Part shown: positions 15,260 through 23,792 of the stretch, piece by piece | Numbering within the stretch: position 1 is the first letter of the stretch | How the letters are laid out: each line of letters opens with the position of its first letter | Assembly: GCA_035650255.1 (NCBI GenBank) | Contig: DASRIA010000045.1 | Location: forward strand, 42,461 to 106,460 | Direction: 5' to 3' | DNA length: 64,000 nucleotides | Origin: Solirubrobacterales bacterium | GTDB taxonomy: Bacteria; Actinomycetota; Thermoleophilia; Solirubrobacterales; JBBDJG01 | The notes under the pieces: model-generated | Database searches by the model: none | Told to the model about the DNA's origin: nothing | The model's input: only the letters and a program-made list of their open reading frames with translations | Position numbers and translations under genes: made by a program

Positions 15260-17089
15260 CTACGGGCGGCGTCGCAGGATGTATGCGCCGGTGCCTGTGA
15301 CCGCGATCAGGGCCGCGCCGGCCAGGGCCAGCAGCGGGGGGTCGCCGTCGCTCTCGTGCTTGGCTTGGGAGCGAGTGGATGTGGGGAGTGTGGTTGCCGT
15401 CTCGACGGGGGCGGTGGGCCGGCGTGTCACCTCGGCCGCCTTCGGACGTTCACCCTCCTTGCCTGCCTTGACTGTGCGCTTGCGCCTCGGCGGGGCGCCG
15501 GGCGTGGCCTTCTTCGCGGCGCGGCGGCGTTGTGGCTCCTTCACCGGGAACGCCTTGCGTCGCAGGGCGGCGATTACCTGGGCCGTCACCCAGACCGGGG
15601 TTTGCGCGCTCGAGCGCGAGTAGCGGAAACTGCCGTCGGCCTGCTGGAGACTCGCGAGGTACGCAAGCGGCGTCCGGCCGCCGCGGCGGAACGCCGCGGG
15701 CGCTCGACCGGCCGCGACGATGCCCTGCACCGCCCACGCGGTCGACTGCGCGTTCGAGCGCGAGCCCTCGGACTGGCCGAACCCGCCGTCGGGGTTCTGC
15801 GCGCCGCGCAGATAGCGGACGGCTCGCGCGACGGTGCGGCTACCGCGGCGCCCGGCGGCGCCCAGGCCCTGCAGGGCGGCGCCGGTCTCGTCCACGAACG
15901 TGCCGCCCCCGCGGGTCGCATAGGAGAAGCCGCCGTCCTCGTTCTGCTGGCGCGCGAGCCACGCGGCTGCACGGCGGACGGCGGCAGAGCTCCGCGAGCG
16001 CCCGCTCGCGCGCAGCGACATGATCCCGAAGGCGGTCCAGTTCGACAGCCCGGAGAAGGAGCCGTCCGGGCGGCGCTTGCGCTCCAGGTCCGCGATCAGG
16101 TCCCGGCCTCCGAAGCGCCGCGGGTCGACGCCCGCCCCGCGCAGCGCCAGGATCGTGCGCTCCAGCTCGCCCGTCTCGCCCAGCGACCGGACGCCGGAGC
16201 GGATGTAGTCGATCGGGGTGTTCCCTCCCTTGCGCAGGTCCAGCGGGTGGCGGCCCGCAGCCTCTAGCCCCAGCACGGCCCACCCGGTGACGAGCTGGTT
16301 GGATGCCTGGCCTGGCGCACCGCCGAGGCCGCCGTCGGCGTTCTGGGCGCGCTCCAGGTATCGCGCGCCGTCGCGCACCGGGCGCGACGCCGCAACCGCC
16401 ACGGAGGAGGCGCCCAGCACCATCGCCAGCACGAGCGTGGTGGTGACCGCCGCCCGGCCGCGGGCACCCGGCGCGGCGGCCGGCTCCCATCGCACGTGCA
16501 GCCTGCGCCGGAAGCGGTCCAGCAGGCGCACGAACGCGGGCCCGAACACGAGGCACAGGGCGACATTGCCGATCGCGTGCGCGAGGTTGAAGGGCAGCGA
16601 GAGCGCCGCGATGGCGAAGTAGCCCTCGGCGGAGGTCTGCGCGGCGAAGCTCGTGAGCGTGAACAGGTCCATCCAGGCCCCGAAGGCGAGCCCCGCGAGG
16701 CCGCACGCGAGCGCCAGCGGCCAGCGGCCCAGCCGCCGGCCCGCAGCCGACGCCAGGAGCGCGCCGCCCAACCCGGCCGCGCCCCATCCCACCATCTGCC
16801 ACGGCGTCCACGGGCCCTGGCCGAGGAACAGGTTGGAGGCCAGCGCCGCCAGCGCCCCGACCATGAACCCGGGCGCCGGGCCGAGCACATAGCCGGACAA
16901 GAGCGCGACGTCGGTCGTGCCCTGCACGTTCGGCACGGCCGCGAACAGCACGCGCGCGGCCACGCCGAGCGCGGCCAGCGCGGCGACCAGCGCGACCAGC
17001 TTCGCCGGGGGCCGGCGGCTCTCGAACCAGAACACGCCCGCGACGGCCGCCAGGAGCACCACGACCGCGCTGCCGGCCTGCCAGCTCAC
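15260..17089 (-). CDS. Fusion protein: ECF-transporter S-component-like membrane domain, extracytoplasmic prenyltransferase/squalene-cyclase-type alpha/alpha-toroid repeats, and a C-terminal TM anchor
   Basis: The N-terminal multi-TM region carries NLFLGQGPWTPWQMVGWG. Five repeats follow: QNADGGLGG, RRPDGSFSG, QNEDGGFSY, QNPDGGFGQ, QQADGSFRY. C-terminal hydrophobic helix plus RRRP. Start set at GTG 17089 (GTGA overlap with the ATPase stop). Confidence 0.7.
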   Translation of the reverse strand: MSWQAGSAVVVLLAAVAGVFWFESRRPPAKLVALVAALAALGVAARVLFAAVPNVQGTTDVALLSGYVLGPAPGFMVGALAALASNLFLGQGPWTPWQMVGWGAAGLGGALLASAAGRRLGRWPLALACGLAGLAFGAWMDLFTLTSFAAQTSAEGYFAIAALSLPFNLAHAIGNVALCLVFGPAFVRLLDRFRRRLHVRWEPAAAPGARGRAAVTTTLVLAMVLGASSVAVAASRPVRDGARYLERAQNADGGLGGAPGQASNQLVTGWAVLGLEAAGRHPLDLRKGGNTPIDYIRSGVRSLGETGELERTILALRGAGVDPRRFGGRDLIADLERKRRPDGSFSGLSNWTAFGIMSLRASGRSRSSAAVRRAAAWLARQQNEDGGFSYATRGGGTFVDETGAALQGLGAAGRRGSRTVARAVRYLRGAQNPDGGFGQSEGSRSNAQSTAWAVQGIVAAGRAPAAFRRGGRTPLAYLASLQQADGSFRYSRSSAQTPVWVTAQVIAALRRKAFPVKEPQRRRAAKKATPGAPPRRKRTVKAGKEGERPKAAEVTRRPTAPVETATTLPTSTRSQAKHESDGDPPLLALAGAALIAVTGTGAYILRRRP

Positions 17090-18723
17090 GCCTGCGCCAC
17101 CGCCGTGCGTTGCTCCGGGGCGAGACGCGCGGCGAGCACCGACGCGCCGTCTTCGGCCAGCACGGCTCCCGCGTCGGGGCCGAGCACGCGCGCAACCTCG
17201 GTCGTGAAGTAGCGCCCGCCCGAGAGCACCTCGCCGGTGGGCCCATCGGCCACGACGCGCCCCCGGCCCAGCAGGACGCAACGCCGGGACGCCCGAGCCG
17301 CGAACTCGACGTCGTGGGTCGCCACCAGCACCGCGGCGCCGGCGGCGGCGAGCCGCGCCAGGCGGTCGGCGAGCGCGCGCTTCCGCGCCTGGTCCATCCC
17401 GCGCGTCGGCTCGTCGAGTGCGACGACCGCCGGTGCGTCTCCCCCGCCGATCCCGCGGCCCGCCAGCACGATGCCGAGCGCCAGGCGCTGGCGGGCGCCG
17501 CCCGACAGGTCACGGGGATCGCGCTGCGCGACGTCGGCCAGCCCGAGCTCGTCGAGCGCTGCTGCCGCAGCGTCGCCGGGCAGCTCGTCGACGACGCGCT
17601 CGTGCAGCAGGTAGTCGGACGGGCTCTGCAGCAGGAGCGCCACCTCCCCGGCCGCGCGCACCGCCCCGCGGTCGGGTGTCACGACACCCGCGGCCGCACG
17701 CAGGAGCGTGCTCTTCCCGGCGCCGTTGCGGCCCAGCAGCGCAACCATCTCGCCGCCCGCCACGTCGAGCGACAGACCGCGCAGCGCCACGGCCGTGCCA
17801 CCGGATCCGTCGTCGAACTCGACCCACACGTCACGCAACGAGAGCGCGGGCCGCCGCGGCCGCGCGCGGGGCGCCTCCGTGGCGCGGCGCTCCACGGGCC
17901 CCGCCGGCAGACGGCTGCGCGCCTCCTTCACCGTCACCGGGAGCGGCCGCATGCCGGCCAGCGAGAACATCCGCGCGGCGGGCGGCAGCAGCTCCGGCCG
18001 CTGCACCGCGGCCCAATCCAGGAACGCGCCCGGATCGCCGTCGTACGAGATCCTCCCCTCCTGGAGCGCGACCACGCGATCCGCCCCGGCCAGACAGCGC
18101 TCGAGGCGGTGCTCGCCGATCAGGATCGTCGTGCCCCACTCCTCGTTCAGGCGCCGGAGCTGCGAGAGGAGCTCCTCGCCCGCGACGGGGTCGAGCTGCG
18201 AGGTCGGCTCGTCGAGCAGCAGCAGCTGCGGGCCGGCGACCAGCGCCGCGGCCAGGGCCACGCGCTGCATCTCTCCGCCGGACAAGGTGCGCACGGGGCG
18301 CTCGAGCAGGTTCTCGATGCCGAGGGCCAGCGCCCCCTCCTCCACGGCGCGCGCGGCGCCCGCGCCACCGTGACCGCGGGACTCCAGCGAGAGCTCGAGC
18401 TCGGCCCGCACCCCGTTCATCACCAGCTGCGACTCCGGGTCCTGGAAGACCATCGCCGCCACGTCGGCGACGCCGGCGGGCCCGTGCGTCCGCGTGTCGC
18501 GACCGCAGACCGCCACGCTGCCCGCCATCTCGCCGCCGAAGAAGTGCGGCACGAGGCCGCACGCCGCGCGCAGCAAGGTTGACTTGCCGCTCGCCGACAT
18601 TCCGGCGAGCACGACCAGCTCGCCCTCGGTCAGCGTCAGGTCGACGCCGTCGAGCGCCGGCCGCCCCCCACCCGGATAGCGATAGGTGACGCGGCGCATG
18701 CGCAGGACGTCAGGCACGCACAT
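17086..18723 (-). CDS. ECF-transporter ATPase, fused tandem ABC domains (EcfA-EcfA')
   Basis: Two Walker A sites (GMSASGKST, GRNGAGKST), two signatures (LSGGEMQR, LSGGARQR) and two Walker B sites (LLLDEPTSQLD, VALDEPTRGMD). Alternative start ATG at 18699. Confidence 0.9.
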   Translation of the reverse strand: MCVPDVLRMRRVTYRYPGGGRPALDGVDLTLTEGELVVLAGMSASGKSTLLRAACGLVPHFFGGEMAGSVAVCGRDTRTHGPAGVADVAAMVFQDPESQLVMNGVRAELELSLESRGHGGAGAARAVEEGALALGIENLLERPVRTLSGGEMQRVALAAALVAGPQLLLLDEPTSQLDPVAGEELLSQLRRLNEEWGTTILIGEHRLERCLAGADRVVALQEGRISYDGDPGAFLDWAAVQRPELLPPAARMFSLAGMRPLPVTVKEARSRLPAGPVERRATEAPRARPRRPALSLRDVWVEFDDGSGGTAVALRGLSLDVAGGEMVALLGRNGAGKSTLLRAAAGVVTPDRGAVRAAGEVALLLQSPSDYLLHERVVDELPGDAAAAALDELGLADVAQRDPRDLSGGARQRLALGIVLAGRGIGGGDAPAVVALDEPTRGMDQARKRALADRLARLAAAGAAVLVATHDVEFAARASRRCVLLGRGRVVADGPTGEVLSGGRYFTTEVARVLGPDAGAVLAEDGASVLAARLAPEQRTAVAQA

Positions 18724-19648
18724 GACCCGGGTAGGCCCGGCGGCGCGCGCGGCGGTGCATGCAGAACGCGAAGGGGGCCAGCGCGATGACGCTCAGCGCT
18801 GCCGCCGCGGCCAGCGCTGCTGTGCCCGCGTCCACTGCCGCGGTCGGATAGGGCTCGAACCAGCCCGCGCCGGACAGCCTCAGGGCCACGGGCACGCCGG
18901 CGAGCAGGAGCGCGGCGAGCGCGAACGCCCGCTCGTCGCGGGACCAGGGCAGGCGCTGGGCCCTCGTCGCGGGCGCGCGGCTCCCGTAACCCCGCACCTC
19001 GAGCGACGCCGCCGCATCCATCGCGCGTTCGAGCGCGCCCGCCCCGAGCGCCCTGGTCATGACGCCGGCGCGCCGCAGCCGCCCGCGGCGGCCGCCGCCC
19101 TGCACGGCATCGGCCCGCAGCCCGTATGCCTCGCGCATGCGCTCGGCGTCACGGGTCAACAGCGGCACGAGCCGCGTCGCCAGCGACGCTGTCAGCGCGG
19201 AGCGCGGTGCCACCCGGCGCAGGGCGCGCAGCACGCGGTCCGGGTCGACCACCGCCGAGTACACCGCGAAGGCGAGCACGATCACGATCACCCGCAACCC
19301 GGCAATGGCGCCGAACACCACCGCCTCGAGCGTCACGTCGAGGGTGCCCCACAACGGCAGGCTCGGCCCCTGCACGAGCAGGGTGAGGCCCTCGCGCGAC
19401 ACGAGCGGGTTGATCGCGGCAACGAGGACCGCGAGGGGCACGGCCCAGCGTGCGGCGCTGCGCAGCTCGGCACCGACCCCCGCGGACAGCCCGATCGAGA
19501 TCACGCAGGCGAGCGCACCGCCGAGCACCAGCGGATTTGCGGTGACGAGGGCCGCGACGCACGGCGCGAGCGTGAACGCCGCGGCGACGCCGGCGCGCGT
19601 CGCGTGCAGCGGCGATCCGGTGTCTCGATAAACGGGGACGAGTGGCAT
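18710..19648 (-). CDS. ECF-transporter transmembrane T component (EcfT/CbiQ family)
   Basis: Polytopic membrane protein with a CbiQ-like cytoplasmic ATRLVPLLTRDAERMREAYGLRA helix. Start at ATG 19648 overlaps the upstream stop (TGATG). Confidence 0.75.
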   Translation of the reverse strand: MPLVPVYRDTGSPLHATRAGVAAAFTLAPCVAALVTANPLVLGGALACVISIGLSAGVGAELRSAARWAVPLAVLVAAINPLVSREGLTLLVQGPSLPLWGTLDVTLEAVVFGAIAGLRVIVIVLAFAVYSAVVDPDRVLRALRRVAPRSALTASLATRLVPLLTRDAERMREAYGLRADAVQGGGRRGRLRRAGVMTRALGAGALERAMDAAASLEVRGYGSRAPATRAQRLPWSRDERAFALAALLLAGVPVALRLSGAGWFEPYPTAAVDAGTAALAAAAALSVIALAPFAFCMHRRARRRAYPGHVRA

Positions 19649-20586
19649 CACTCGCCTCCGCCGGTGACCGGGAGCCGGATGGGCTCGGGGCCCGAGGCGG
19701 CCGTCGCGAAGCTGTCGCGCAGGGTGGCGCGGTCGAGCAGCGCGACCGCGCGCGAGAGACCGGCCGCGTCCGTGCCCGCCACGACCCATGTCGGCTGCTG
19801 CTCCTCGAACCGCGTCGCAGCCACCAGCCCCGTGCCGGGCCCGAGCGTGCGCACGGTCCGCCCCTGTTCATCGAGCAAGGCGACGTCGAAGGCTTCGCCG
19901 CGCGCAACCGGGCGCGCGAACACTCCGCTCTCCCCGGGGCCCTCTTCGAGCTTGCGGACGGCGACGTCAGCGCGAACGTCTGCCCACTTCCCCACCACCA
20001 CGCGCAACGTGTCCTTGCCCACCGCGGTCCCGAGCGCCGAGATGGCCGTCTCCACCCCGTCGCGGTCGAGGCGGTCGCGCACCTCCTCGCACTGGTCCGC
20101 CGCGTCGGGCGCGCAGTCGAGCCGCACGGGGAAGCGCTTTCCCTCCGACCCGTGCAGGAACGGCTCCGGGTAGGCGCCCACCACGGCGGGGACCCGCATC
20201 GCGGCGCCCCAGTCGCGATAGTCCCACCACACGCGGTCACCCGCGCTCAATTCGCGCTCCGCGGCGCCGGTGTCGGCCTCGATGCCGTTCACGAAGTAGA
20301 ACCAGTCCCGCCGCGCTCCCCCGCTCGCCTGGGAGCGGATGCCCTCGATCGCGTTCACGAACCGCCCGCCGTAACGGGTGTCGACGTCCGCGTTGCGTGA
20401 GAGCAGGCGAAGCACGGTCTCCCCGCCGGGAATCGGGTCCTCGCGCGCCGCCAGCACGCGCTGCGCGCCGAAGTCCCGGGTGACGGAGAGGGTCGCGCCG
20501 CCCTGCTGCGCGTCGTCCGCGCCCACGCTGCAGCCGGCGACCGCGATCGCCAGCGCGACGAGAGCGAGAATGGCAAGGCTCTTCAC
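19648..20586 (-). CDS. Lipoprotein with a DUF4430-like (transcobalamin C-terminal-like) domain
   Basis: Lipobox signal MKSLAILALVALAIAVAGC. DUF4430-like pattern LSVTRDFG...GGETVLRLL...GGRFVNAIEG...RDWFYFVNG...LSAGDRVWWDY. GTGA overlap with the upstream gene. Confidence 0.65.
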   Translation of the reverse strand: MKSLAILALVALAIAVAGCSVGADDAQQGGATLSVTRDFGAQRVLAAREDPIPGGETVLRLLSRNADVDTRYGGRFVNAIEGIRSQASGGARRDWFYFVNGIEADTGAAERELSAGDRVWWDYRDWGAAMRVPAVVGAYPEPFLHGSEGKRFPVRLDCAPDAADQCEEVRDRLDRDGVETAISALGTAVGKDTLRVVVGKWADVRADVAVRKLEEGPGESGVFARPVARGEAFDVALLDEQGRTVRTLGPGTGLVAATRFEEQQPTWVVAGTDAAGLSRAVALLDRATLRDSFATAASGPEPIRLPVTGGGE

Positions 20587-22376
20587 TTGACCTCGAACGG
20601 GACAGGGAAGGACGGCAGGGCCCCGGGTGCCGTGGCCGCGATCGTGTAGCTGCCGTGATGCGGCGCGGTCAGGGTCGCCGTGCCGCCGGCATCAGCGATT
20701 GCCGTGGCCGGACCGAGCGCCACGAGTGCGCCCGCCGCGGGCGAGTCGCGGCGCTCGTTGTCGTATGCGCGCACGCGCACGCGAACGGGCGCGCCGGTCG
20801 CCGCAGACCCGGCGCCGGCCGTCACGCGCAGGGATGGCTGGCAGCTGCGGGAGGCGGGATCGAGCACGCAGTAGAGCCACAGCACCCGGTCCCCGGTGCG
20901 CAGGCGCGGCGCCGCGACGTCGGCGGCCCCGACGTTGCGCGCGAAGTCGTTGACCTTGTACACCCAGCCGTTCTGGCCCCGGTTGCGGTCCTTGCCGATC
21001 CGATCGACGAACAGCTGCGCGGAGCTGCCGGCCCGCCGCCGGTCGCAGCTTCCGTAGTCGCGCAGGCGCCGGCCGACGTCGCGCGGGCCGAGCGCCGCGA
21101 TCAGCGCGGCCAGCGGCGTGGAGCCGGGCACCTTGCACGCGCGCCCCGACGCCCGAACCACCGTCGCGCGCGCCCGCAAGGTCACGGCGTCCACCACCGT
21201 GCCGCCCTTTCCCACCACCATCACCTGCACCCGCGCCGCGGCCCGCGTGCGGGCGGCCGCGCTGGTGCCCCGCGTCTTGCGGGGCACCACCTTGAACTCG
21301 ACCCGGTTCCTGCCGCCGACGAACTTCTCGTCGCGGTTGCGGCGCCCGTCGAACGCCTTCACGTCGAGGACATAGCGGCCTGCAGGGAGCGCGCGCGGAA
21401 GGAGGTACGACCAGTTCCGGTTGGAGCCGATCGAGAAGAAGAACACCTTCCGGCAGTGCGTGCCGACGAATCGCTCGCGCCGCCCGCTCCACCACTGGCA
21501 GCTGCGTCCGCGCACGTGCCTGCGCAGCGCGATCTTCACTTCGCGCACGCCGCTCGGGTCATCTCCCACGGTTCCCTTCAGCAGGCGGGGGCCGCGGCGG
21601 TATGTGCGCCCGTTCCGCGGTCCGCTGATCGATGCGACGGGAGCCGCGCTGTCACGGACGTCCACCACACCACTGCAGGTTCCGGACCCACGCTGCTCCA
21701 CGCAAATCCGTAGAGCGTTCGAACGGATCGATCCGGCGCGCTCTGCCTTGAGTGACTTGAAACCCGGGTCGCCGAAGGCGACGCCGAGCCTGCCGTCCGC
21801 GTCCGTGGACCCGGGCAGTCCGGTCACCGATGCTCCAGCGGCCGGCTGACCGGTCGTGCCGTCCGTCACCGAAAGGATCGCGGTTTCGCCGACCGCGACG
21901 CGTGCCGGCCCGCCCAGCTTCAGCAGCGGCTTTCCGTACGAGTCGAAGGCAAACAGCAGATCATCGCCGGCTCCCACCCGCTGCTGGCAGCCACCGAGGT
22001 CGGGGAACTTGTAGTTGAGGGCGTAGGCCCAGTACTTGAGGTTGGGCGGGTCCTGCGCTTCGCTTCCGATGCGCTCGACGGAGAAGTCCGGAAACGCTCC
22101 GCTCCACGCCCCTCCCCATCCGCCCGGGATCGGTGCGTCGTCCAGCGCGGAAGTCATCGTGGGTCCCGGCTCCGGATTGACGCCTCCGTTGGTGCCGTCG
22201 CACGGATGCGGCCCGTCGCCCTTGTCGATTTGCTTCCCGTCCGTCGTGACGGGAGCTTCATAGATCGTCGAGGACGAGCCCTCGACGCGTAGGTTCACTG
22301 TCACCGGGGCAGCCTGCGCACCGGCACATGTGAGCAGCGCGAACAGCACGGCGCACGCCCAAGTCCTGAGGTTCAT
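20583..22376 (-). CDS. Secreted protein with two DUF4430-like modules, an Ig-like middle region and a carboxypeptidase-regulatory-like C-terminus
   Basis: Signal peptide MNLRTWACAVLFALLTCAGAQA. Module 1: VNLRVEGSSSTIYE...KYWAYALNYK...GAGDDLLFAF. Module 2: VQVMVVGKGG...TPLAALIAAL...NGWVYKVND...RTGDRVLWLYC. Confidence 0.6.
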   Translation of the reverse strand: MNLRTWACAVLFALLTCAGAQAAPVTVNLRVEGSSSTIYEAPVTTDGKQIDKGDGPHPCDGTNGGVNPEPGPTMTSALDDAPIPGGWGGAWSGAFPDFSVERIGSEAQDPPNLKYWAYALNYKFPDLGGCQQRVGAGDDLLFAFDSYGKPLLKLGGPARVAVGETAILSVTDGTTGQPAAGASVTGLPGSTDADGRLGVAFGDPGFKSLKAERAGSIRSNALRICVEQRGSGTCSGVVDVRDSAAPVASISGPRNGRTYRRGPRLLKGTVGDDPSGVREVKIALRRHVRGRSCQWWSGRRERFVGTHCRKVFFFSIGSNRNWSYLLPRALPAGRYVLDVKAFDGRRNRDEKFVGGRNRVEFKVVPRKTRGTSAAARTRAAARVQVMVVGKGGTVVDAVTLRARATVVRASGRACKVPGSTPLAALIAALGPRDVGRRLRDYGSCDRRRAGSSAQLFVDRIGKDRNRGQNGWVYKVNDFARNVGAADVAAPRLRTGDRVLWLYCVLDPASRSCQPSLRVTAGAGSAATGAPVRVRVRAYDNERRDSPAAGALVALGPATAIADAGGTATLTAPHHGSYTIAATAPGALPSFPVPFEVK

Positions 22377-22413
22377 GTTCGAGCCTTCCCTTCCTCGAGG
22401 GTGGTTACGGCGT

Positions 22414-22581
22414 GGCCGGTGGCAGGTATCCTGGCTCCCGGGTCATTCCGCCGCGCCTTCCCGTGGAAGCGATGCTTCCCAGTGGCTCCCGGGCCGCTTC
22501 AGACGGCTCGGGTGCGACGAACACTCCCGGTCACAGTGGCGGGACCGCGCCGGATTCACACCGGCTTCCCTTCCACCGACC
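22414..22581 (-). promoter_or_regulatory. Cobalamin (B12) riboswitch aptamer
   Basis: The minus strand reads GGUCGGUGGAAGGGAAGCCGGUGUGAAUCCGGCGCGGUCCCGCCACUGUGACCGGGAG...GGGAGCCAGGAUACCUGCCACCGGCC. This gives the conserved core, a B12-box (GAGCCAGGAUACCUGCC) and a 9-bp P1 (GGUCGGUGG/CCACCGGCC). It ends 37 nt before the ATG at 22376. Confidence 0.85.
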
Positions 22582-22713
22582 TCTTGGCGCGCAGTCTATC
22601 CGCTGTCGCAAGGCACGACGTGCGCGTGGCGGCGAACGTCGCTGATCGGGTCCGCACAGCGGTCCCAATTCAGCAAAGTTCGAGACGCGGAGCGACAGAG
22701 GCCGGCGCCCGTC

Positions 22714-23631
22714 GTGCCCTACCCTGCTGCGGTGCTCGCGGTCGCTGCCGTCATCCTCGCCGGTACCGCGGCCGGTGTGCTCGCCGTGCGGCGCCGCCCC
22801 GATGCGACGGTGCTCGCCGACAGGATGCTGTGGATCAGCCTGTGGGTGATCCTGCCGCCCGTCACCTTCTTCAACTTCGCGCGGTTCGAGCCGTCGTCCG
22901 AGGTGGGCGCGGGCGTCGTGTTCGCATACATCGGCCTTGGCGTCGCGCTCGCCGTGGCCTGGCTGCTCGCACGTGGTCCGCTGCGACTCGAAGGGCACAC
23001 GCGCGGGGCGTTCATGTGCGCGGCGTTCCATGCGAACACGGGCTTCCTCGGCCTGCCGTTCACGACCGTGCTGCTGGGTTCCGACGCGCTACCGGAAGCG
23101 ATCACGTACGACCAGCTGGTGTCGACGCCGTGGCTGCTCGTCGTCGCCTTCGCGATCGGTGCGCACCACACGGAAGCCGAGGGAGAAAGCCGCCTGCGGG
23201 CATTCCTGACGCGCAATCCGGCGCTGCTGGCGATGGTGCTCGGACTGCTCGCTCCGGATGCGCTCGCGCCCGACCTCGCGGTAGATGCGGCAAACGTGCT
23301 GGTGGTCGCGCTGGCCCCGCTGGGCTTCTTCGCGCTCGGCGTGTACGCGGCCGCGGGAGACGGCCTGCGGTTCCCGCCGGCGCTGAGCGCCCCCGTGGTC
23401 GCTGCGGTGCTCGTGAAGCTGACGGTGCCGGTCGCCGTCGTCGCGGGCTGCGCGGCCCTGATCCACGACGTTCCGGACGCCTTCCTCGTGCAGGCAGCGA
23501 TGCCCACCGGCCTCAACGCACTGCTGCTCGTGACCGCCTACAGCCTCGACCGCGCGATCATCTCCGGCGCGATCGTGTACTCGACCCTTGCGGTGATGTC
23601 GTGGGGCCTTGCCGCGGCCGCCGTCGGCTAG
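22714..23631 (+). CDS. AEC (auxin efflux carrier) family membrane transporter
   Basis: About 10 TM segments with AEC-like sequence (FHANTGFLGLPF, AMPTGLNALLLV). Start placed at GTG 22714 (or 22732). The upstream part of the 433-aa track ORF lies antisense to the riboswitch and looks non-coding. Confidence 0.7.
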   Translation: MPYPAAVLAVAAVILAGTAAGVLAVRRRPDATVLADRMLWISLWVILPPVTFFNFARFEPSSEVGAGVVFAYIGLGVALAVAWLLARGPLRLEGHTRGAFMCAAFHANTGFLGLPFTTVLLGSDALPEAITYDQLVSTPWLLVVAFAIGAHHTEAEGESRLRAFLTRNPALLAMVLGLLAPDALAPDLAVDAANVLVVALAPLGFFALGVYAAAGDGLRFPPALSAPVVAAVLVKLTVPVAVVAGCAALIHDVPDAFLVQAAMPTGLNALLLVTAYSLDRAIISGAIVYSTLAVMSWGLAAAAVG

Positions 23632-23667
23632 CGCCCAAGGTCGAGACGGCGATCGCCGGAGGAAGGT

Positions 23668-23740
23668 AGCCCGTAGGGGATTCGAACCCCTGTTTCCGCC
23701 GTGAGAGGGCGGCGTCCTAGGCCAGGCTAGACGAACGGGC
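23668..23740 (-). tRNA. tRNA-Glu (anticodon CUC)
   Basis: The reverse complement GCCCGTTCGTCTAGCCTGGCCTAGGACGCCGCCCTCTCACGGCGGAAACAGGGGTTCGAATCCCCTACGGGCT folds as a cloverleaf. Anticodon stem CCGCC/GGCGG, loop CTCTCAC. CCA not encoded. Confidence 0.9.
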
Positions 23741-23792
23741 CGTGCGGCTGATCATTCTAGACAGGCCCGCCGCGCCCTTCTCGGCGGATCAG

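Noticed and set aside
15290-15390. LPTST sequence before the C-terminal TM of the S-component fusion, as a possible sortase signal
   Set aside because: The motif lacks the terminal Gly, does not match the LAxTG seen in the neighbouring sortase substrate, and lies ~20 residues from the helix. It is treated as a plain TM anchor.
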